Positions 11,986 through 20,000 of a stretch of 20,000 nucleotides of DNA are shown here, one piece after another. The stretch lies in the NCBI GenBank assembly GCA_000934665.2, contig JYFJ02001947.1:45881-65880 (forward strand), read 5' to 3'. Both the position numbers and the translations under genes were made by a program. Below the pieces are notes generated by a model. It did no database searches. It had not been told where the DNA came from and was given only the letters and a program-made list of their open reading frames with translations. Each line of letters opens with the position of its first letter. Positions within the stretch are counted from its first letter, which is position 1. The DNA comes from Catajapyx aquilonaris. Lineage: Eukaryota.

Positions 11986-12218
11986 ACTTGAACCTGATAC
12001 ACTCACTGTTCAGAGGCACTAACTGTAAGACACACTAACAAGGGAAGGCCGTGAATGTGGCACTAAAGGTCCATTCTCATATCCGCGAACAGTCGACTTC
12101 TTGCGCACGAAAACGGGCACTTTTTGACTCATGCGAATTTGTCTTCTCGCAAGCGGTGTTTTCATTAGTGCGAGCAAGAGCTAATAACTGTTATTAGCTG
12201 TTATTAATAACAGTTATT

Positions 12219-12360
12219 TTTTATTTATATATTTTTTTCATTACCCCAGAAGGGCTTTATATAGCCATATGGGGGAGACAGTTCCAGTAGACACACAATC
12301 TTTATCCTAGGGTAGATATAATTTTACAATAGGAAGTTTATACGCGTGTTTACATTATTC
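12219..12360 (-). mobile_element. 5'-truncated non-LTR retroposon 3' end
   Basis: Perfect 16-bp TSD ATTAATAACAGTTATT (12203-12218, 12361-12376). The minus strand ends CCCCCATATGGCTATATAAAGCCCTTCTGGGGTAATG plus an A-rich tail. Confidence 0.8.
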
Positions 12361-12654
12361 ATTAATAACAGTTATTAATAACCACAAGTGGACATGTAGG
12401 CAAAATGGACAAGTCCCACAGTCGGGGCCAGCACTGCACCTACTCAATGAGCTTCCTCCGTGTCCCTTCACCTTCTGCTCTTACTGCAACGTTATTTTTT
12501 TCCTCGACATTCCAAGGCCTAAGCTTCGACATACTAGTCACAGTTGTTGCCATCTTTCTGAGGCTTGTTGGCACTTCGGAAAACTCAAATTTCAGAGTTT
12601 TCTGACGTACCAACAAGCCGTAAATAAATATTAATTTATTATGATAATATTAAT

Positions 12655-12939
12655 GTTCCCTCTTTTCCCCCTGACCGCACTCATTGGCTCTATGCTGGCA
12701 TAACAAAAGAGGCAGCATATAATCTGTACAACTTTTTTGAAAATGTCGTAAAAAGAATCAACCTCTGCACGAACTGATGTATGTCATGGAATTGTATCAT
12801 AGTTTTGTACTAACCACTCTTTCCTTTCCCGCTCCTATCTCTTTCAACTATTCTTTGTATCCAGAGCGGTCCCCCCTAAAAGAACCCAGCCCTAAAATGG
12901 GGTAACGTAAATAAATAAAATAAAATAAATAAATAAATA
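12655..12939 (+). mobile_element. 5'-truncated LINE-like 3' end (ORF C-terminus, 3' UTR, (TAAA)n tail)
   Basis: 11-bp TSD ATAATATTAAT (12644-12654, 12940-12950). An open frame runs from the left junction: VPSFPPDRTHWLYAGITKEAAYNLYNFFENVVKRINLCTN* (stop near 12777). A pyrimidine-rich UTR follows, then CCCCCCTAAAAGAACCCAGCCCTAAAATGGGGTAACG and TAAA/TAAAA repeats. Confidence 0.7.
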
Positions 12940-12963
12940 ATAATATTAATATTTAATAAGTTT

Positions 12964-13062
12964 GGGGGAGGCACGGTGGCTGAGATGGTAACGTCTCGAC
13001 TTGCTATGCGAAAGGTCCCGGGTTCAAATCCCCACCCGGGAGCAAACCTTTCGCTTGCGTCA
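12964..13062 (+). mobile_element. SINE family A head only (3'-truncated copy)
   Basis: Aligns to 1603-1700 at roughly 75-80% identity by eye, with A box TGGCTGAGATGG and B box GGTTCAAATCC. Homology stops abruptly after TGCGTCA. Confidence 0.9.
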
Positions 13063-14049
13063 TTCCCAGATCTGGTAATTATGGCTGTTATTATTGGGCA
13101 ATTCCACGCGTTACGTACAGACAATCGGAAGCCGTGTTGAGGTGTTTAGGAGTCCACCGCGGCTAGGTACTTGCCGTAATAGATTAACTGTTATGAAAAT
13201 CAGATGCAGCGCAGAAATGTGAAGGTGAGGGACATCATGGAAAGGACCTGTTCAAGGTTATCCTGGCAAAGAAAGGCCACCCACAAGGCTCAATGATTCG
13301 TGTCATTAGATTGGAGCAGATCACTGAAACTTGGCAACGCAGGGGAGTTGGATCAAAATGTTGCTGTCCAGCCACTCTAATATATGTCATTCAATGGAAG
13401 AATGCTTCTAAAGGGTGACCTTCATCAGTTTGGAGAAAGAGTTCGCCCTTGCTTTGCCAACGAACGCCATCCTGAGTCCGTCCCTCGCTCCTGTCTCTCT
13501 TTTAGGGGAGAGTGAGAGAGAGGAGAGGGAGAGAGGGTGAGATACGCGATTGGGCAAACGCGTGATATCTCGATGGGGCTTGCATTTCGCATATTGGTTC
13601 CCTGAGGCGGCATTTGTCTCACACGAATATTCTTACAACATTTTTACGGGGTAAAAACCACACGAGTTTTCCTGCCTCTAAATCAACTAATAAACACTAA
13701 TAAAAAACTAATAAACAGTTCACCACGTGACAACATGTTTTGATTCCTACCAAGGCCGCTAGGTAGCAACCCCTACCACATCAAAGACACAGTCAGTGGC
13801 GAACCTTTAGCGTAAAACGAGGTGCATACATTATACACTACAAGATGCGCAAGATGGTTGCCGTTTAGGTAGCAGGGCTAACAGGTCCTTTCATTCGATG
13901 GCCATCCACGCGTGTGCGATTGTCTGAAATCTCGTTACGTACAATCCGTCATTGGACACCAGTTTCTGGGGTATATGCAACTAGGGGGAAACTCTGCGAA
14001 ATTTGACAGCACAGGTTTCGAAGCTCAAGTGCATGTGGGGCAGTAGGGT

Positions 14050-14700
14050 GCGAGGAACCTCATCATGCCATTAGATTGGGAGAATTCTCATTTTGAACGT
14101 GAAAACATTTGAGATATCCACCCGTTACGTATGTACCACCTACAGCGATTTACTGGGAGTAGCATAAATTTTTGGAGATTGGAATGTCTGTGAATTCATA
14201 ATCTTATAATGGCTCCGCTGCACTGAAATAGGAACTAGGTCAGTTTTTGCCCTTTGGATACCTTTTGGTGTGGCTGTGGAAGGTCACACATTCATGAATA
14301 CAGCAAAGTGATTGCACAGGTCGATGTTGCATTTTGTGCCCTTGAATTATATGAAAACGTCTGTCTCTCTTCCTTTCACATATCGCTACAGCGAATAACC
14401 AGCTGGCAATGTGCATTAGCCGAACGGATATCACAGAGCGCACGCTTAGATACTCTGGGAATAATACTGTGTTGTTGGGAATGATACTGTCACAAACTAA
14501 CATGTCTAAGGAAACCATGGTCCACATGCTATCGGTTTTAGTCACTCAGATTCCAACTGCGTCAAGATGTAAGAACCGCACCCCATGTCCGCTCTTTCGT
14601 GGAATTTCCCTATTGGTAAAATACTTTGTCCGTATCTTCGGAGTAGGCGTAAGCCGAAATCTACGTGGTTCGGGGTCGGGCCTATGTGGTAGCGAGGGGG
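14050..14700 (+). mobile_element. Possible piggyBac 3' remnant
   Basis: Ends ...AGGGGG|TTAA (TTAA at 14701-14704). Upstream degenerate translations IRLG...PVTYVPPTA and C-T-G/DVAFCALELYENVCLSSFH resemble the piggyBac C-terminal Cys-rich region. No left end identified. Confidence 0.35.
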
Positions 14701-14965
14701 TTAAATCCTTTCTTGGCCAATTGTACCTGTCACCTGTTTAATATCATAATAAATCAATCAGACAAGAAAACTTTCACAAAAACCTTTAATCATTGTCATA
14801 GTATAAGATACATTATTCCAGACAGGAAACGTAATTCCCCGATAATTTCTCAGTTTTGCAGGTTACTAGACACCCTGATGTACACAATTGAATAGGCAAG
14901 AAGAGAAGTGACCCAACTCTTTAAAAAATGCGAAATGCATCGTTTTATGATTTATCCCTATAGTG

Positions 14966-15691
14966 CAGGGCTATTCAACTACTACAAGGTCCAGTATTTG
15001 CCTTTCCTGGGCCATTGAAGGTCCGGACCCCCCCCCCCTCCCCTCCCAGTAAATATGTGGATTTTATATGGTACCACAGGGTTCATTTTCTAAAATAGAA
15101 ACATGTGCAGCAAGGGTAGAAGGGTCTATCAAGACTGGACATATTAAGACATTTTCGCCCTTTTATGATGTCCTGTACAGGCGCATAATAGGCAGAAATA
15201 ATTTCGTCGGGGGGCCCATTTCATAAGCACAAGCCGTAAAGGGTGGGGATTTGGCGGGGGGGGGGGGTTAAGGTCACACGAGCTTAGGTGAATGTGGGCG
15301 ATTTGAATGGGTGTGTATTTGATGAAATTGGTAGCACTTTTTCCCAGAAAAAATAACATGAATTAGTAATTTAAAAAAAAAAATCCCTGTGATAGGGCGG
15401 AAACGGGCGGAGCCCTTTTAGGGGGGAAGGGGAGGTTCCCAAGGGAGGGCACTGTAATTATAGTCATTTCTGACTTTCTGAAATACACCAGACCTTTTCT
15501 CCTGGCCTTGGGCAGAGTAGGGAGTGCAATTCTGCCCTGGCATGTCGGGTGAAAAGCGGAAAAAGACCCGGCCAAGCAGAGGTGACGGGGATGAATTAGT
15601 AATTTCAAATGCTGTTTCAAACTGTCCTGTATATCGTCGCACTCCGGACAAAATTGCGTCTGGACCACGGTCAGCCAATTGAATAGCCCTG
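14966..15691. mobile_element. hAT-superfamily MITE
   Basis: Perfect 13-bp TIR CAGGGCTATTCAA / TTGAATAGCCCTG and an 8-bp TSD CTATAGTG / CTATATTG (7/8; 14958-14965, 15692-15699). Subterminal GGTCC(A/G)G motifs at both ends. Contains a nested SINE. Confidence 0.88.
15373..15590 (-). mobile_element. SINE family B, 5'-truncated copy nested in the hAT MITE
   Basis: Perfect 15-bp TSD ATGAATTAGTAATTT (15358-15372, 15591-15605). About 150 bp align closely to 19071-19214. The 3' end reads CCCCCCTAAAAGGGCTCCGCCC..GCCCTATCACAGGG. Confidence 0.9.
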
Positions 15692-16476
15692 CTATATTGC
15701 ATGTCTGTAAGTACCTGCACAACTAATACTACCACTCAACTCCACCCTTAAGGAGGTAAAGAATCATGTAAATAGATGCACAGTAACCCTACTCCCTGGA
15801 GCGGGGTTACCCTGAATCTTGTACTTCCACATTATTTGGTCAGAGGAGGCCTTTTATTCAAAGTCTTTCTTCTCCAGATGTTGATAATGTGACATGTGAT
15901 GATATAAATATAGTATTGTTGTACCAATGATACTGAACCAATAAATGTTGGGGGATTTTTTAGATGTCATTTGTGTCAAAAATGCTGGCAAGACAAGAAA
16001 CAACCCAACTCCATTTCCTACAAACATTCCTACACGCTACACCTTGCATAACACCATGTTTTATCCAGACCAAATATTTTATGAACTCTAACATGCATGT
16101 AGTATTTGTGAAAAATTTTATATGCTAATACTCCAAATATTATGGTCCCTGCATGGTTTTTCATCAAATATTTGCCTCACTGGAGTTGGGTCACTTCCCT
16201 TCATACCTATTCAATTGCATCCAACTTTCATCATACTTTCAAATAAATGGTGATGTGAAATACAACCCCCCTGACAGAGGTCAAGGTCATGGATTTGACT
16301 TATCACAAAAAATTAAAATAACTTGCCCATAAACTACTTCCCCCTATTTGTTCCTCTCGTGATGTATACCATGGTGGTTCAATACATAAGTTTTCTGGAT
16401 CTGGCATACCAATAAAACAAAATAACAGTTATGAGGTGTAGGCGTAAAACTTAGCCGCATATTTCAGGGTCACATA

Positions 16477-17014
16477 CAGAGTGATCAGAAGTCAGTACCT
16501 ATTTTTATTTCAGAATAATTTTCCGAGTATACCTACAAAAGTGAAACTTGATTCAAAATGTGCGGGAATTTATGAGATTTGAGCTGGGTGACACCTTGCT
16601 ACTGCAGCACTGCTAGCGAGCGCAGCTTGACACTTCTTCCACGGTAGCGGTGCTAGTAGGGTCACCTTTGAACAAAATGTCGGACCACCTGTCTATGATA
16701 TCACAGGCCAGCCCCCAAACACTCCTACCCCATCCTTATGTCACAGTCAGGTGGTCCAACATTTTGTTCTAAGCTGCTCCTGCTACAGCCCCACCACAGC
16801 AAGAAGTGTCAACCTGCGCCAGCTAAAAAAGCCACCATGGAAGAAGTGTCAAGCTGCGCTTGCCAGCAGTGCCGCAGTAGCAAGGTGTCACCCAGCTCAA
16901 ATCTCATGAATTCCCGCACATTTTGAATCATGTTTCACTTCCGTAGGTGTACACATGTACTCGTTGGAAAGTTATTCCGAAATAAAAATAGGTACCAACT
17001 TCTGATACACCCTA
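16477..17014. mobile_element. Tc1/mariner-type fold-back MITE nested in the mariner
   Basis: Termini TA|CAGAGTG...CACCCTA|TA (consensus TA-CAGGGTG). Long inverted arms (about 16477-16700 versus 16738-17014) pair almost throughout around a ~40 bp spacer. Confidence 0.92.
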
Positions 17015-17439
17015 TATTGTGCATTATTGCTGTTCTGGTGTGACTGCTTGAGCCTGTGCATCTGTCATCAACAAAAGCTTGAAAAAAAAAGTGGGCTCGT
17101 GTCCTGCCTAATTTTCTGGACGCAGGGGAAATTACCATTGCTATTCCTTCTTGCTGAACAGTGGACAAACTGGACGGTGTGTTATGCAATAATTTGTCAA
17201 CCCACAAAAATGTCAAAAATGAGTTAAGCCCAGAAACATATACCCAAAGGATCATACTTCATTCAGTTAAAATCAAGCTGGTGAAATCTGCATACTTCTG
17301 CCATAAATGATCAAAAAGGACACTGAATTAATTTCACAGGTGTGACATTCAAACCCCTTTTTCTCAAAACTGTTCTCGTGGGGTGACTCATTATTGCATA
17401 ACACAGTCCAACTGAAATCTCTGAATTCTTCACAAGAGT

Positions 17440-17759
17440 ACTGGTCTCCTCACCGCTGGTGTGATTCTGCTTGAAACAATGCCCACCCCCACTCTGCCCT
17501 GCTGACACAAGCCATTGCAGATTTTGGCTGGGAACACCGTGCCCATCCTCCATACAGCCCTGATTTGACCCCTAGCACCTTCCACATGTTTTCAAGTTTG
17601 AAGATGGAAGGTCACTGTTTTCATACCAACGGCCAGGTTCATGAAAAGATGAGCCATCTGAGGGCCCAGATCCCTACTTTCTTTGCTGGGAGTTTCGAAA
17701 CATTGGTGAATCTTTGGGACAAATGCCTTAACATTGAAGGTGATTATGTTGATAAGTGA
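17440..17759 (+). pseudogene. mariner transposase C-terminal fragment (inactive)
   Basis: GLLTAGVILL / frameshift / NNAHPHSALLTQAIADFGWEHRAHPPYSPDLTPSTFHMFSSLK...FFAGSFETLVNLWDKCLNIEGDYVDK* matches the mariner HDNARPH, YSPDLAPSD and WxKC...GDY motifs. Both visible catalytic Asp positions are disrupted. Confidence 0.93.
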
Positions 17760-17907
17760 AGAAACAGTGTGGCTAACTGTAAATGTAAATTTCTTGCATT
17801 AAAAAGAGTTTCTACAATATGTCTGAGCCAGGAAACTTTTATATTGAACCACCCTCGTATATGGGCCTAGTTTCTCAAGCCAATGACATTAATCAATTTC
17901 CTTGCCA

Positions 17908-18063
17908 TTACTCTCTGCCTCTTGCTCGTTCACGAAGCTGATGGATGTGCTCTTCCTTCACAGGCTCATATCCTATAATGACAGGTTTCGCCAAATCTGG
18001 TGCCATCTGGATCTTCATGAATCCACTCAACTTCTGGACTTTGCTGGCAATTTCTTCACAGCT
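17908..18063 (-). CDS. Candidate host-gene coding exon (internal or terminal), product unknown
   Basis: Minus-strand acceptor TTGTTTATTCAACAG, then only one open frame: SCEEIASKVQKLSGFMKIQMAPDLAKPVIIGYEPVKEEHIHQLRERARGRE. Composition is protein-like and GC is raised. It ends either at TAA (17908-17910) or at a weak donor GA|GTAATG (exon end 17912). Confidence 0.55.
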   Translation of the reverse strand, partial: SCEEIASKVQKLSGFMKIQMAPDLAKPVIIGYEPVKEEHIHQLRERARGRE

Positions 18064-19037
18064 CTGTTGAATAAACAAGTTATTAATCAACAGGATATAC
18101 TGTATTATTGAATCTAGCTACAATAAAATAATTTCATAGCTCCTTACAATGGGGGCCGTAACATGCAGATGTAAAGAATGGAAGTTATTAATTTGGTGGA
18201 GGCAATTTCTATTTCCATGGCCATGCAATCTGTTTGGAGACATTCAGATTCAATCACATTATTTTACTCACATATTCAGCATCTAAAACCATCTTATTAA
18301 CCCTTTGTCTCCAGGGGCCATGTTGGTTGTATGATCATATGATCACATATAATATGTTTTTAAAATTCATTGGAAATTTCTTTGACCATAGTCTTAGGAA
18401 AGGTTTGTAGTTTACATGTTCAAGAGTATTTACGCCACTCGTGTGATATTTGTAATGGCATGACCAGGGCTGTATTTATACTTGAGTCGTGGGTAGGCAG
18501 TTGGTCATCTGCCGCTCCCCTCCCCCACTCCTGAATACAGTATTGAATAATTTAACATTGACTGCATATACAATGCAAGTATACAATACAATACAAAGAA
18601 ATTCACCTTCTGTTCGAACAGCAGTTGAATTTAGAAAATGTTTAATACGGATAGGGAGCAGTTACACTAGAAACGAGGTGGGAGCGTGTTCCTCGAAACA
18701 CGGTTTTCCCAGACGCAGTCGGGAGTGCGTTTGGGGGGAGTGAGACGTGGTGCGGGTTCTGTATCTCGTTACCGTAGTCTGGGCGCTGAGGCAAAGGTGC
18801 CTCCGCAGGGTCAGAGAAAGAGACGAAGGATGTTAGCGCGATGCATTTCAGAAGCAGCAGCGACAGTTGCTTCTTTTCTTTGCTTTTCAGTGCAATAGTC
18901 GAAAAAGTACAACATAGCAGGGTCTTGGGCTTCCCAAACACCGGAGCTATTATTTTTGCGTAGCTTGTTACGCCCCGATTCAAGTGACTAATTTACTCCT
19001 AGGCGTGCTCCATAAGGTTGTCGAATGTGGCAGTTTT

Positions 19038-19273
19038 TTAAATATTATTTTTATTATTATTTTTTAAATACCCCGTGATAGGGCACAGCCCTCTTAGGGG
19101 GGAAGGGGAGGTTCACAATGGAGGGCGCTGTAATTTTTAGTCATTTCTGACTTTGTGAAATACACCAGGCCTTTTCTGCTGGCCCCGGGCAGAGTAGGGA
19201 GTGCAATTCTGCCCCGGCCTCCCGCTTGGCTGGCCAGTGGCGTAACCACTCGACCACCATGCCTCCCTAGCTG
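19038..19273 (-). mobile_element. SINE family B, copy with tRNA head and internal deletion
   Basis: 13-bp TSD ATGTGGCAGTTTT (19025-19037, 19274-19286). The head GGGAGGCATGG-TGGTCGAGTGG (A box) joins the body directly with no B box. The tail reads CCCCCCTAAGAGGGCTGTGCCCTATCACGGGGTATTT followed by an A/TAA-rich run. Confidence 0.9.
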
Positions 19274-19975
19274 ATGTGGCAGTTTTATAATATAATAGGG
19301 CACCTGGGTGGAGGCGCAGCACGCTACACAAAAATAACAGATTCAACTAAAATGACCCGCATGCTTGGAACACCCTGTATATTATTCCATTCATTGAATA
19401 TAGTTTAATATTTAATCCCTTATATTTAATATCATTCAGTGCACAATATTATCCTGTAAATCCATACCGGGTACTGTACTATACTTGGTGTATTACGATT
19501 CAAGGAAATTAATGCAAGCATTTCAATCTATTCAGGGGCGGATTCTCGTGGACTCCCGTAAGTCTGCGGGCCCGCAAGTCCGTCCAAGATGGCGACGGAT
19601 GCGGGACCCTAGAAAAGTGGAATACATGTGGTAGCCTGTAAGTCCTTACAAGGAAGAATTCAAAGTAGGGGGGAGATACGGGGGTTCTTGGAGCTCCGCC
19701 CACCGGAAAAGGACAGGAGCCAATGGCAGAGGAGAAAAGGGTGCATTCCCACCGCCGTACAATGGACAGCGACGGGATTAAACGCTATTGAGAAAAGAAC
19801 AGCGAGAACTCTGCCACCGATCGTACCACCTCCACCTGCATTCGAATTCAGGTTTTTTACTATGATTTAGGCAGGGAGTTCGGGCAAACGTCGCGAGAGT
19901 GTGCAGTAGGCAATCGAGTCTAAGGTCAAGGACCTTATCGAGTCTGGAGTGTCTGCTGCTAGCGAGGTGAGAGCG

Positions 19976-20000
19976 CAGGGGCGGATCCAGGGGGGGGGGG
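19976..20000. mobile_element. Probable left end of a hAT-like MITE (continues beyond window)
   Basis: CAGGGGCGGATCCAG followed by a G-run. A similar CAGGGGCGGATTC occurs at 19533. The partner end is not visible. Confidence 0.45.

Larger units (their letters stand above)
16367..17859 (+). mobile_element. Internally deleted mariner (DD34D) DNA transposon
   Basis: TA-flanked TIRs: left TACCATGGTGGTTCAATACATAAGTTTTCTGG versus right (reverse complement) TACGAGGGTGGTTCAATATAAAAGTTTCCTGG. A transposase C-terminus lies just inside the right TIR. About 950 bp remain after removing the nested MITE, shorter than a full ~1.3 kb mariner. Confidence 0.9.

Noticed and set aside
18297..18320. TTAACCCT piggyBac-like left end
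   Set aside because: It faces away from the 14700 end and has no partner or coding remnant in the window.
696..19870. Most of the 60-143 aa ORFs in the supplied track
   Set aside because: They are short, overlap on both strands, often lie inside SINEs or MITEs (e.g. 1493-1924, 15363-15735, 19094-19346) and show no recognisable domains, consistent with chance ORFs.
1..20000. CRISPR array or prokaryotic operon/defence system
   Set aside because: No regularly spaced direct repeats, no gene-dense coding and no Shine-Dalgarno-led ORFs; the content is typical of eukaryotic repeat-rich DNA.

Overview
AT-rich (roughly 40% GC by eye) eukaryotic, probably invertebrate, genomic DNA. It is mostly non-coding and dense in transposable elements, with no intact protein-coding gene, rRNA, true tRNA gene or CRISPR array. 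Retroposons: six SINE copies from at least three families (three with 13-17 bp target-site duplications, TSDs) and two 5'-truncated 3' ends with TSDs, one still carrying the C-terminus of a LINE-like ORF. DNA transposons: an internally deleted mariner with a nested Tc1-type fold-back MITE, a hAT MITE with a nested SINE, a Sola-like MITE and a ~105 bp palindromic MITE. Other features: a compound (ATG)19(CAA)10 microsatellite inside what looks like a ~1.6 kb decayed reading frame of unknown family, and one plausible host exon on the minus strand near 18 kb. The most interesting signal is a modular retroposon system: two SINE families and a LINE-like 3' end share one 3'-terminal module (C-run / GGC..GCC hairpin / GGGGTA / A-rich tail), and related tRNA-derived heads are joined to different bodies. 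All family names come from motif recognition by eye, not database searches.
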